DNA of 64,000 nt from Carcharhinus amblyrhynchos (Eukaryota): assembly GCA_965287045.1 (NCBI GenBank), contig OZ336890.1:30132001-30196000 (forward strand). Direction: 5' to 3'. Position numbers and translations under genes: made by a program. The notes beneath the pieces were generated by a model. The model did no database searches. It saw nothing but the letters and a program-made list of their open reading frames with translations, and was not told the DNA's origin. Within the stretch, counting starts at the first letter, position 1; the number at the start of each line of letters is the position of its first letter. Positions 25,545-38,730 of the stretch are shown one piece after another.

Positions 25545-25702
25545 TATTTAATGTCTCATTCTAAACTTAGCACCTCTGAGAGTGCAGCACTCTCCCAGTC
25601 TTGCAGTAGAATGCCTGATTAGATTATTTGCTCAAATCTTTAAAGGAAGATTTGAAGCCATGACACAGAATTGAGAGCGCCAACTACTGAGCCATAGTTG
25701 AC
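25545..25702 (-). mobile_element. Deu-domain SINE relic
   Basis: Reverse complement contains gggagagtgctgcactctcagaggtgc...atgagacattaaat, matching the DeuSINE/AmnSINE1-type core. Confidence 0.6.
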
Positions 25703-26116
25703 AACTTCTAATTATCCACTCTGTTTTTGAATGCTTTTGCAAAAACACGAGTGACATGCAGTTAGAGCTGTATGTTTAAGTTATCTTTAGGCAGTTCGAT
25801 GATAAAGCCAAATATAAAAAATTGGCAAACTCCAGAGCAGCTCAAGATTTAAATCTGGACACCAAGAAGAACAAAAGTCTCAGATCTACAGTGCCTTCAT
25901 AAGTTAGCTGTCAAAAAGCCTAGTTGGATGCATTGGTGACACTTCCGCAAGGAAGATTTCTTTGATTTATATCTCAGTATTTCTGCAATGTTTTGAAGAC
26001 AATTTGAATCACATGCAATGAAACTGAATGAGTACTTAAAATGAGAAAAAGGAGGAAGGCAAAAATAGCTCTAGGACCTAACCAATATCTTGAGAGTGGG
26101 AATGATGCTTGTTAAA

Positions 26117-26901
26117 GTTGTTGTGTGGCTCTTATCCTCAGTGAGATGGCTTCCCAAGTGTGGCAGAATTACCACAAGGACTGTGAGGATGCTGTTAACA
26201 AGCAGATCAACCTGGAGCTCTATTCCTCCTACGTTTACCTCTCCATATTCTGTTACTTTGACCGGGATGATGTTGCCCTGCGTTACTTTGCTGAGTTCTT
26301 CAAGGAGCAGTCATATGAGGAACGGGAACATGCTGAGAAACTGATGGAATTCCAGAATAAACGTAGAGGCAGAGTCATCCTGGCGGATGCCAAGAAGCCA
26401 GAGCAGGATGAGTGGAGCAACGGTCTGGAGGCAATGCAAAGAGCTCTGCAGATGGAGAAGAATGTGAACTACAGTCTGCTGCATCTGCACAAACTGTCCT
26501 CTGGGAGCGTCGATCCTCATCTTTGTGACTTCCTGGAGACTCACTACTTGGATGAACAAGTGAAGATGATCAGGAAGCTTGGAGATCACACCACCAACCT
26601 GAAGAGACTGGGAGCCCCTGCGAATGATGTGGAGATGCCAGCATTGGACTTGGTAAACACAGTAAGAAGTCTCACAACACCAGGTTAAAGTCCAACCCTT
26701 GGAATTTAACCTGGTGTTGTGAGACTTCTTACTGTGTTTAGCCCCTGAGAATGGCATGGGAGAGTACCTATTTGACAAGCTCACTCTGAACTGAGTCTTG
26801 GGAATGAAGTTTGATTCAATTCTGACTTTTCTTGTGCTCTCTTTCCTGTTCTGATTGCTGCTATATTTGGAAATAAGTATTTGTTGTTGGACTAAAAAAA
26901 G
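26117..26901 (+). pseudogene. Processed (retro) copy of a ferritin heavy-chain-type gene
   Basis: Intronless ATG 26146 [31 protein letters not shown]...EEREHAEKL...[18 protein letters not shown]; the native end APENGMGEYLFDKLTLN* (26741-26794) is displaced by a 127-bp insertion; A-run at 26894-26900; flanking GTTAAA duplication. Confidence 0.92.
26627..26740. mobile_element. Short fold-back insertion (Penelope-like terminal repeat fragment) inside the ferritin retrocopy
   Basis: Same head as 57051-57270 (tgatgtggagatgcc...gtaagaagtctcacaacaccaggttaaagtccaac); inverted arms 26654-26689/26705-26740; target duplication GCCCCTG(C/A)GAATG. Confidence 0.7.
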
Positions 26902-28077
26902 GTTAAACGAGCTAAAAAAGAGGCAAGAGAACAAACAATACTCAACGGGGGAAAGTATGCATCACAGGAGATAGGCCTCTATAATTCTAGCCAAACCCAG
27001 ACTGACTATATCAGGTGTTACATTTCAACATTTGGGATTTCTTTGAAAGTTATTGCTGCCAATTAGTCAAGTGTAGGTGTAGCAAAGAACAGAAGCAGTC
27101 ATTTAACTCTGGTGTTACAATAGCAGTTCTGAATGTTTTCTCTGTTGATCTGTATCATTAAAATAAACACGTAATATAATACTTACGCCAGGTAAGTTAC
27201 AGGCTCATTAATTTATTACCATATGATGGAAAGAATGATAATGCTACATAATTACTCTTCAATAAACATGTCAACTACAAACCTTGGGTTTACCAACAGA
27301 GGCACTGAGTGAAAAAGCAAGGAAGTCATGTTATACCCTCTGTAAAACACATGGTTTTAGACCCCAGGTGGAATAGTGGGGAGAATTTTCCAGTCCCGCC
27401 TACTACCGGAATTAACATGGGGAGAAAAAGAATATCTGGCCTTGGGGTGGGTGCAACTGGAAAATCCCACGCTTTGTGTCCAACTCCAGGCCCCGCACTT
27501 TAGAGAGGGCTTCAAGACCTTAGAGAGGGTGCTGGGGAGATGTACTGGAATTATTTCAGGGGTGAGGGATTTCAGCTAATGATTGGAGAATCTGGGATTG
27601 TTCTTGTTAGTTTAAGGGGAGCTTTAAATGAGGCATTCAAAATCAGAAGGGATTTTGATGGAGTTGATAAGGAAAAACTGTTTCCAATGGCAGGAGGCTC
27701 GGTAACCAAAGGAGCTCAGAACACAGATTGAAGGTAGTTTGTAAAGTAACTGGGGCAGGGGGAGGGGTGGGGGAGGTGGGGTGGGGAGATGTGATGAGGA
27801 GAATCATTTGATGTGATGTGTTGTGATTCAAGACATGCTGGCTAAAGAAAGGAATTGGATAGATATTTGAAGGGAAAAACAATGCAGAACAATCAGGAGG
27901 ATGTTAAGTATGTTGGGGCATGCCCCTTTAAGAAAACATGTCAGATAACCTGGGACTCAAACTCCACCCGGGCTGGAGCTCGCTTTGCCCTGCTTGTGCT
28001 CACTGTTAGTGCACTACCACTGACCTCATGTTCCTTATTAGTCTCTCTAACAGACCTTAGAGATAATAGGGGAGAAG

Positions 28078-28633
28078 AACTGTGCAGTTTTGGTCGCTGT
28101 ACTTACGCAAGGATATTTTGGCCTTGGAGGGAGTGCAGAGGAGGTTTACTAGGCTGATACCGGAGTTGAGGGGGTTGAGCTATGAGGAGAGGCTGAATAA
28201 ACTAGGCTTGTACTCGTTAGAGTTTAGAAGAATGAGGGGAGATCTCATTGAGGTGTATAAAATGATGAATGGGATGGATAGGATAGAGGTGGAGAGACTC
28301 TTCCCGCTCAGAAAGGACAGTAGGACTAGGGGGCACAGCCTCAAGATAAAGGGGGGGCGGTTTAGAACGGAGTTGAGGAGGAACTTCTTCACTCAAAGGG
28401 TGGTGAATCTCTGGAATTCTCTGCCCGTTGAAGTGGTGGAGGCTGCCTCGCTAAATATTTTTAAGACGCGGGTTGATGGGTTTTTGATAAGCGAGGGGAT
28501 TAAGGGTTATGGGGAGAGGGCGGGAATGTGGAACTGAGCCACGACAGATCAGCCATGATCTTATTGAATGGCGGGGCAGGCTCGAAGGGCTAGATGGCCT
28601 ACTCCTGCTCCTATTTCTTATGTTCTTATGTTC
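28078..28633 (+). mobile_element. CR1 LINE 3' fragment
   Basis: Near-identical to 1060-1611; TTCTTATG tail. Confidence 0.95.
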
Positions 28634-29110
28634 TAAGAGCATTGCGGGAGGGCGAGTGGGATTCACTGGATAGCTCTTTCAAAGACACAACAGGCAGAAT
28701 GGCCTCCTCCTGTGCAGTGACTCTCAGAACTCAGTAATGCTAAGATTATTAAAATAGATTACACATGTAACTGTTTGCGAGCTGCATAATGCTTAGCTGT
28801 AACTTTTCATTACATATAATTTCCATCCTATATAACAAGAATCAATTCCTTCTTATCCATATATGGTGTCAACAAGAAAATAGATAACAACATGTTGGTA
28901 CTCATTTATATGGTGTTACTTAATTGAGTAGCAAACACCATTTTAATTAATGATTCAATTTTAGCATGTGGAAAATAAGTTATTGTTAATATTGAAATTG
29001 GAGAAGGATTTGGGAATTATTGCAAGAGTATTAACAAGTTCACATTGGCTGTTGGGGGTAATGACTGGCATGTTTTGGAAATAAACCCATCTTAAGGCAA
29101 AGGCAAAGAC

Positions 29111-31950
29111 TGGGGGTGGAATTTTACTAAGTCTCCAGTTAGTGTGAAAATGGGAGAGTTCCTGACCCATTTTTCAGGCAAAAGATTTTTCTTATGCACC
29201 CAATCTTATGCACTCATCTTTGAAAAGATGTGCTAGACCATTTCTAGCCATTAGCGGCAGTGAGTGGGGCTCAATTCACAAGACAGTCAGTGGCTCAGAT
29301 CAGAGCCACAAACTGTGCATGTGCAGAAAAAGCTAAAAAAAAAGCAGCTCTTCTGCTGTAGAACTCCATCTCTCCCCCCACCCCGTGTCAGATACAGCCT
29401 TCCCACCCACACCCAACATACATCATAGACCCCCTGCAACATTACTGACCCCCTTATCCCCCCCTTGGACCCTGTTGCACATGGCCCACTCATCAACGCC
29501 CCCCCCCCCGGGCTCCAATGGCTGACTGACAAGACCTCTGTCTCTGCTCCTCCGATCATCACCCAGGCAGAAACCCAACCCTTCCGCCACTATCAGCACA
29601 CCTGCAAGTGCTGACTTGGCTTCCCCTCCATGGTAATGAGGCAAATTGTATTAAACTCACTGGAATGCTCTAACGGATGTGTGACTCATGCCTGCAGCTG
29701 ACCTGCCCTAACAAGGGACAGCTCCATAAATACTCCAAGGATGGGCAGACAGGCAGTAAGAAATGGTCTCCAGGAAGACAGCTCTCCATTTTTCTGATGC
29801 TGATCTGGCCAGGTTGCTGGAGATGATGGAGGTAAGGTCCAACACTCTCATCCCCCCAGCAGGACACCAGGGGAAGGGATGGAATCGCAGCTTGGGGGGT
29901 TGGTGGCTGCATGTATCAGTGCCAGGGCACTGGCCAGGAGAACATGAAAGCAGTGCTGCAAAAAACTGAATGACCTTATCCGAGCAGCAAGGGTGAGTGT
30001 TTAACCTCATCCAGTATCTTCCTCCTAAATGACTCCAGATCCCCCTCACACCCAAGCACCTCCCTCTTCCACCCCAAGAGTATCACAACCTTTGGTCTCT
30101 GAGGACCGTCCCCAGATACTCTGCAGGACTTGGTGCCTCAGGTTTTACATAGCTCCTTCTGTCCCCATGGGAAAAGAATGCCCATAATTGCCAGGAGATA
30201 GGTGGTGTGCCTGAGATTCATTTCCTCACCCTATTTGAGGAGCGGGTACTGGAGCTTGTGGGAGAGGAGGGGATACGGACAGTTAGTGACAGAATGGTCA
30301 GGCTGGAGCATTGAAGTGAGCACCTGCGAATCCTCTACTTGTTGGGGAAATCTTAAGTTGCATGCAGCCCAGATTCCTCTCCCTCCCTTGCACTTAATCT
30401 TGTGCCCTGTGTTGCAGGGAGAGACCCCGATGTGCCTGGGCTGTCTGGCATCACGGCTCCCACTGCTGCTCCCACCCCTGACAGCTGGGAAGGCTCCTTG
30501 GAGGAAGCTGATGAAGGGAGCTCTGAGACCAGCACCAGTTTGGTGTCAGCTCCCACCTCACAATTCACCATCCCAGAGACTCTCACATGAGTGGATCAAG
30601 TTAGTGGTGCGGCATCTGGGTCACTCTCTGGTGCACGTGACTCACCTGCTGATGTACATCAGGTGGAGGAGCTTCTGGCCTGCTGGAGGCAAGGACTCAG
30701 CTGACCCCAGGCTTTATGCTGGGCCTCCACGATCACTTCTTTCTCAGCTGCTGGAGATGCAGCATCAGAGCCAGGGAATGCAGGAGGAGCTGTAAGCGAC
30801 ACTGAACTAACTGTGAGAGGGTCCCAAAGCTTTCAGGCAGACCAACTATTGGTTGTCTTGTGTGCTTCCCAGGCCAACAGTGCAAAGGTGGTGTCTGCCT
30901 GTAGTAGGAAATCTTCACCATGAGTGGCTGGGTCCAAGCAATGGCCTAGACACAGCTGAGGGCCTCAACAGGCTTCTCGAGATTCTGTGGCCCATGGCTG
31001 AGAGGCTGCAGTGCTTGCAGGAGACCTGGTGGGACAGCACTGAGGCACAGCAGGCCATGGCAGCAGCTTTTGAGAACATGGCCCAGTCACAGAAGGTCAT
31101 GGCTAAGGGACTACAGAGCATGGCCCAGTCTCAGAGGGCACTTGCTGTTGCCATTGACAGATGGCCCTGATGCAGAGGCCATCGCTGATGGCTCAGCCAC
31201 CAGGATAAGTCCTCCAGGACTGGCAGGGCCAGATGAATCTGGAGCTTCTGGATCTCCCTCTGGCAGCACTGAAATCCCTTAGGGTGTCCCAGGGGTCCAC
31301 AGGAAACCCCTTCCTTTGCCTGCAATTCATCCTCCTGATCCTCCTCTCAAACACACACCCAGAACCCATGCAGTAGTGGCCACAGTGCAGCTTGACAAGT
31401 CCTGAGCACTGCCACTTCAGAGAATTTTCAGCCCATTCCTCATCAGCAACAGTCCTGCATGAGGACCAAGAGTCAGTGCTATGAGCCAAAGTCAACGCTT
31501 TGACCTGGGTCTGTGCTGAGAGGCTGAAATCAAACCCTGCAAACAATTCAACACCTATCCCCCAACCCAAAATGTAATATGACCACCATGAAACAATCCT
31601 CCTTCCCCAGAGCAGTTGAAAGTAGAGACTTATTTTGTCTCTCACCCCCCACTGCTCAAGTGCCTGAATGCGACTTTTATACATGAGATGTTTTCCTAAC
31701 CGATCCAGCTGCAGTGAGTGAGGTCAGTAAGGCAGATCAGCTGGGATGATTGGGAGTGAAGTTCACTGGTTACATCGTAATGAGTGCAAGAAGAATGCAA
31801 ATTAACATTTTGCCTATTTGGTCGGGGTCCCAATCGCACTGCTATTTTGTCTTGGCACGAAAACCAGCCCCATTCCTGCTAATCACATGCCCGATTTTAC
31901 GATGTTTTCGTGCTGAATAATGGGTGCAATGAGGTTGTAAAATTTCACTT
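29111..31950 (+). mobile_element. PIF/Harbinger-type DNA transposon derivative carrying a decayed Myb/SANT-like gene
   Basis: Degenerate TIRs GGGGTGGAATTTTAC...GTAAAATTTCAC; MVSRKTALHFSDADLARLLE, KKLNDLIRAAR|gtgagt, LTLFEERVLELVGEE, then coiled-coil remnants. Confidence 0.7.
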
Positions 31951-33046
31951 TGGCTTCAGATTGATCCTGTCCTCAATGTATGATTATTGAATTTAACAGT
32001 GATTTGCCAAGGGAAAGTTGTGTTGCGCTCAGTGAATTGCTGAACTCTTTGAAGCCCTCCCTGCTTTTGATATTTTTACACAGTGAAGTATTAAAAAATC
32101 GTTTCCATTATACCTGCCAACATCGAGAAACTGACTTCAAAGCAAAATACTGCGGATACCGGAAATCAGAATAAAAACAGAAAATGCCGGAAAAGCTCCA
32201 AAATGACACTGAAAATGAGTCATATCAGACTCAAAACATTGGGGTGAATATTATACCATCTCATCCAGCGGGGGATATGGAGCAGGCAAGGGGCTGACCA
32301 TGGGAAAGTCAGTTGACATGGGAGGCGGGGCGGTGCGGTTTGGTTTTGGGGTGAACAAGGTCGGAAAATCCCACCCGCTAACTTTGTTTCTCTCTCTGCA
32401 GATGCTGCCTGACCTGGTGAGTATTTCCAGCATTTTCTGCACTCGTTATTATTGAGAAACTGATAGTCAATGCGTAAAAATGAACACATTTTAAATCAAG
32501 ACAAGAATTAAAGATTGGATTGTAAATAGAAAACCAGATTGTTACAGACAGAACAAAAACAATCTGTTCACAACCTTGCTAGCAGATTGGCCAACCAGGC
32601 AAGCCTCTGACTACATGTCCACTCCATCATCAAACCCACCTATTTCCACTTGCTTGGCTCAGCTATCCTCCAGCCTCAGCTTTCCAGCTGCTGAAATCCT
32701 CATCCATATCTTTATCGTCTCCAGATGTGACTTTTGGAACATACTTTTACTGGCCTCCCATGTTTTACTCTCTGTAAATTTGAGGTCTTAAGCTTGAGGG
32801 TGGGATTGTCCAGGTCCTAACTCAGAGCTTTCCCAGTCAGGACAGTTTGAGTCCCTACATGTGAAACACCATTTCCAGCCCTTTCCTCAAATGGGCTGAG
32901 CAGAGGGGACTCTGAAAACGATGTTCCATGCTGGATATTCAGTCACAAGTCTGAGAGATGGGAGACCTATATAACCATAGAAAAGTTACAGCACAGAAGG
33001 AGGCTATTCAGCCCATCTTGTCCCCGCCAGCCCAAGGACACCCAGG

Positions 33047-34732
33047 TGGTGTTAGTGATGGAAAGGTGGTAGGACTGGAGGGTCTCAATGACATTATTGT
33101 TACTAGAGAGGTGGTGCTCGACAGACTGGAGGGGCTGATTGTGGACAAGTCCCCAGGACCGGATGGAATGCATCCGAGGGTTCTGAAAGAAATGGCGGAG
33201 GTGATAGTGGATGCCTTGGTGGTTATTTTCCAGACGTCGCTGGATTCCGGGGAAGTGCCGGATGATTGGAAAACGGCTAATGTTACGCCGTTGTTTAAGA
33301 AAGGTGCCAGGCAAAAGGCGGGGAATTATAGGCCGGTTAGTTTAACGTCTGTGGTAGGTAAAATGTTAGAATCTGTCATTAAGGAGGAAATTGCGAGGCA
33401 TCTTGAAGGGAATTGCTTGATAGAGCAGACGCAGCACGGTTTCATTAAAGGGAAGTCGTGTCTGACAAATTTACTGGAGTTCTATGAGGATGTGTCTAGG
33501 GCGGTGGATAGAGGAGAGCCGGTGGATGTGGTCTTGATTTTCAGAAGGCGTTTGACAAAGTACCTCACAAGAGGTTATTGCAGAAGGTCAAGGGACATGG
33601 AGTTGGGGGTAGGGTGTTAGCGTGGATAGAGGATTGGTTGTCAAATAGGAGGCAGAGAGTGGGGGTCAACGGGTGCTATTCGGATTGACGGATGGTGACT
33701 AGTGGAGTGCCCCAGGGGTCGGTGCTGGGGCCTCAGCTTGTTACCATTTATATAGATGATCTGGAGGAGGGAACCGAGTGTAGGGTGTCGAAATTTGCTG
33801 ATGACACCAAGATTGGGGGAACGGCAAATTGTGCGGAGGGTGTGGAGAGTCTGCAGAAGGATCTAGATAGGCTGGGCGAATGGGCCAGGAAATGGCAAAT
33901 GGAATTTAATGTTGGCAAGTGTGAGGTGGTCCACTTTGGTAGGAAGAATGGTAGGAAGGACTATTACTTACGGGGCGAAAAACTGCAGCAGGCGACGGTG
34001 CAGAGGGACCTCGGGGTCCTTGTGCATGAGTTGCAAAAACCCAGCTTGCAAGTGCAGCAGGTGGTCAGGAAGGCGAATGGGATGCTGGCCTTCATAGCGA
34101 GGGGGATTGAATATAAAAGTAGGGAGGTCTTGCTGCGGCTGTATAGGGCATTGGTGAGGCCGCAGCTGGAGTACTGTGTGCAGTTTTGGGCGCCGCACCT
34201 GCGCAAAGATATTTTGGCCTTGGAGGGAGTGCAGAGGAGGTTTACTAGGCTGATACCGGAGTTGAGGGGGCTGAGCTATGAGGAGAGGCTGAATAAACTG
34301 GGCTTGTACTCGTTAGAGTTTAGAAGAATGAGGGGAGATCTCATTGAGACGTATAAGATGATGAATGGGATGGATAGGATAGAGGTGGAGAGACTCTTCC
34401 CGCTCAAAAAAGACAGTAGGACTGGGGGCACAGCCTCAAGATAAAAGGGGGGCGGTTTAGAACGGAGTTGAGGAGGAACTTCTTCACTCAAAGGGTGGTG
34501 AACCTCTGGAATTCTCTGCCCGTTGAAGTGGTGGAGGCTGCCTCGCTAAATATTTTTAAGACGCGGGTTGATGGGTTTTTGATAAGAGAGGGGATTAAGG
34601 GTTATGGGGAGAGGGCAGGAAAGTGGAACTGAGTAGCGACAGATCAGCCATGATCTTATTGAATGGCGGGGCAGGCTCGAAGGGCTAGATGGCCTACTCC
34701 TGCTCCTATTTCTTATGTTCTTATGTTCTTAT
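33047..34732 (+). mobile_element. CR1 LINE, 5'-truncated, RT domain with frameshifts and a stop
   Basis: KSPGPDGMHPRVLKE, NYRPVSLTS, GVPQGSVLGP, KFADDTK; split into ORFs 32958-33620 and 33692-34444; inserted in an older minus-strand repeat end (32975-33046 / 34733-34870). Confidence 0.95.
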
Positions 34733-35287
34733 GCCCTTTATAATCCCACCTTACTGCAACCAGCCCATTGCCTTGTAGCTTGCAGCACTTAAGGTGCAGA
34801 TAACTCTTCTGAGAATAGTTTAGGGTCTCTGCCTCCACCATCAACTCGGTCAGTGAATTCCAGACACCCACGGTTTACCCAGGGAAACCATGACAATCGG
34901 AGAATGTCAATCCTACTGCAGTCTTCATCCATCTTCATGACTGTTGATATGAACATGTGTCTCATTCATTCCCCTGTTCCGCCCACCATTGAGGACTTGA
35001 AACATGTACGTTAATAGATGCTCCCTCCTTCAGATCCACCCAGGTCAGTGTAGCAGGTTCACCTTCTGCACCTTTTAGATGGGACAGTGCTGGTGGAAAG
35101 ACAAGCTGTGAACAGAATGATAATGAGTCTGCCTCTCTCAGATGTGAGATTCAGTACCATTGGGAAGATACAAACATTAAGCACAAAACCTCAACTGAAG
35201 CTTTCACCAAGTGCAACCTTGGTGGTAGTGGGTGTTATCAAGCACAGTTTGATATTGAGGCACAAAAGGACATTTTACTTTTTCAGT

Positions 35288-35592
35288 TTTAAAGTTTATT
35301 TCTTAGTCACAAATAAGCCCACATTAACACTGTAATGAAGTTACTGTGAAAATCCCCTAGTCACCACATTCCAGTACCTGTTCAGGTACACTGAGGGAGA
35401 ATTTGGCATGGCCAATCAACCTAACCAGCATATCTTTGGACTGTGGGAGAAAACTGGAGCACCTGGAGGAAACCCACACAGACATGAGGAGAGTGTGCAA
35501 ACTCCACACAGACAGTGACCCAAGCCAGGAATCAAACCTGGGTCCCTGGCACTGTGAGGCAGCAATGCTAACCACTGTGCCACCATGCCACC
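35288..35592 (-). mobile_element. tRNA SINE, alternative-tail family
   Basis: Full-length homology to 16308-16630; partial copies at 41792-41945 and 47762-47955. Confidence 0.9.
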
Positions 35593-38500
35593 CATCTGAG
35601 GCAGTTGTTAAGGAGCATATTAAAGAATGATATATAACAAGCTACACTATCCCAAACATCAATGCAGCATACCCAGAGCTGGGTCATGAGTATTTTGAAT
35701 ATTGAAGGCCATAGTTGTACTTGTCTTTGGTTTTGTCAGTGTCACTATACAGTTAACTGCTTAGCTCTGATGATAGGAACTTAAAACAGTGTGTGAGTTA
35801 GAGCTAATCGTGAATCCAATAATTACATTTGTAATTTAAAATATTGAGATTGTATTATTGGTTTCCCATAAACGATAGAAAGTTCACAAGAATTGTTACG
35901 TGTAGAGAGCTATTGACATATTGGCCAGAATTTTACCACCTTGCCCGCCCTAGAATTGCGGCAGCTCGCAGAACGAAATTCTCCAATGGCCTTGGGCAGG
36001 ATTTTACGAGCCTTGCCCGAGCGAGGTCTTAAAATCTCAATTAATAGATATGAATATGAAATGTTCATGTACACATAGTTTATTAGCTTTGTACTTTATA
36101 CTGTGTTTAAGATTCGATAATTTGATTTACTTGAAATTGCTTCAACAATTTATGACATGTAATGATCGGAATTTGAACAGCCAGGTGACATGGATTCTCC
36201 AAGTAAAGGAACAGAAAGTCTAATTAAGCACTTTTTTATTCTATTTATGGAACACATATCATATAAGTAAGATTTTAGATGAATTTTGTTGAACTATTGC
36301 AGTAGTAAGCATGTTTGCTGCAACGCCTGGTTAAATTAAATTGAAATTGGCAATGTGAAATATATTTGTCTCCTTTCTGCAAGTGGGGATGTTTGACATT
36401 GCCAAATCTTGCTCCCAAATAATAGTCTCTGTCCAATTCCTCTGTCAGAGGAATTATGAACTAATGTTTACAGAATGAATGAACAAGGGCAGCATTGTCT
36501 GATTCAGTTACTGAGTCAAGCCTCACTATAGAATTTGATTCAAGCAGACTGTAACATATTAATATTCATGTTGGCATTGACTTCATTTGGTTTTACTTGA
36601 GTGATTCTGCAAAACAATAACTTCAGCTTACATTTTTATACTGTCTTTAATGTAGCAAACATCCCAAAACTTCGCAAAAGTGTTATCAAACAACACGTGA
36701 CACTGAGCAACCTAAGGAGATTTCAGGACAGTTGTTAAAGTGTGTCTTAAAAAAGAAGGGTGCACTGGAGAGAGTTTAGGGCCTGGGCAGCTGCGAGCGG
36801 AGCCACCACTGACGGTGTGAATGAAATTAGGAATGTGCAGAAAACCAGAAGTGGGGGGGTGCAGAGATCCAGGAGGTTATAGGTTGTAAGAGATTCCAGA
36901 GGTGGAGAGTGGACAAGGTCATGGGGGGATTTGAAAATAAGAATGAGGATTTAGTAAGTTGAGGCATTGCTGGACTGGGAGCCAATTCAAATCAGCCAGA
37001 TCATAAATCTCTGCAAAGGGTAGGAACATTACCATATGTAAGAACACATAAAGGCCTGAATATTTTGGCCCCGCAGCCATTGCAAGTGAGGATGGAGAAT
37101 TTGGCGCTCAGCCGGATCAGAAAATCCCGTTGGCATGAAAATTCCACCCAAGGCATGAAACATAAAAGCTTTCTCTGAGAGGCTGCAACACTCCTGTATT
37201 TAAATATGTTCCTCATTAAGAACAGTGTAGTAATTGGATTTGTTGTTTCCCCCCTCCTGTCAATCAACATGAGTGGCACTAGGGGAGAGGTAGAAAGATG
37301 GTGACTAGTGTGTAAGCGTAGCGATGTGTTTTCTCGATAAGAGTTAAGTCTATTTGCACCAAACCTGCTCCTCCCTCAATTTATTACAAAGTGATGAGCT
37401 TGTTATTCAATAGGAAAAACAGTTTGGACCAATACTCTTATTTCCTGTTTTTACTGTTCCATTTTAAGGTATACAAGATCAATTCAGACCACTATTCTTA
37501 CTTCTGTTTTTACTGTGTTTTCTGTCTGACTAATAAAGAAAATAATTCTAAATGCTGCCAATCTGTGAAATTGCATATATGAATAAGGTTATTTCTTTGT
37601 GCAATGCTGGCATTGTCAATTACTGAGGCTTGGAATGTCTTGGTGAATATGCATGAGTACGATTTCCTTGAAATTGTAACCGTTTATTAACAGTGGGTGC
37701 ATCTGGTTTTGAGTGTCTGCGCAGAGGGATACAGACTGACGTACTCTTTAAGATCTGTGAATGTAGAAGTTAATGTAACATGCATACTTCCACATGACCT
37801 GTGCCTATATTGATTTTTTTATTTAGTAAGGATATCGCCATAGCTCAGAAAAACACAAACTGTACCAATAAAGTGTTGGTTACTTCAGTTAGAAGTTATG
37901 CTGCTTAACTGTGGATTTCTAACAGTTCTAAACTTATTCAGTGCAACTGCTTACATTATGTTTTTCTGACAATACTATAAAGTCCATGGTTCAAATTTTC
38001 CATGCCAGTAAATTGAGATTATATCCTGAACACTGGAGAACTTTTTTTTGTTGCAGCATTGATCTGAATTTATTGGCGATCTGAGTTTTTAATTAATCTA
38101 AAGCCACCCTATGTCTCTAAGTTCCACAATTCATCTCTTGAATAGATTCCATTGTGTCACAATAGTCTGTGAGAAGAAAGTTCCCTCATGCTTTCCATAT
38201 TTCAAACACTTCATAGGATTTATAGCATTCCCCATTTCAAAAGGCACATCAGGTGGTTTCTGCAGGAAGACAGATATTGACAGTGCATCATTCTGAGTTT
38301 ATCCTTTTCCAAGGATGTACAGGTTAGGCAGATTGGCTATTATAAATTGTCTCTTAGCATCCCAAGATCTGTAGGTTTGGGGGAGAGGGCTAAATATGTG
38401 GGGTTACGGGAGAAAAGGACTGGGTAAGTTGCTCTGTCAGAGGGTTGGTGCAAACTCGATGGGCCGAATGATCTCCTTCTGCGGTGTAGGGATTCTATGA

Positions 38501-38730
38501 CACAGCATTCTTGCTGAACTCTTAGAGATGTATTAATGTAATGGCATATTCTATTATGAATAGGCATATTGTTGTTCAAAGACCAATAAATGGAGCTGTC
38601 ATTAGTCATATTTGTATTACCATTAATCTCTGTTAGATTACAAACAAACATTCTGATTTTTAAAAAACATCACCAACCATAAGACACAGTTCACGTATTT
38701 CTTCACTGGTACCGGTTGTAAAATGGATCC

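Noticed and set aside
26311-26934. 207-aa minus-strand ORF
   Set aside because: Antisense shadow of the ferritin retrocopy.
30202-30795. 197-aa ORF as a host gene
   Set aside because: Lies inside the decayed Harbinger Myb-like element and crosses its intron and frames.
37600-37754. Possible minus-strand terminal exon after acceptor cattcacag|AT
   Set aside because: No partner exon or recognisable homology; acceptor-like motifs occur by chance.
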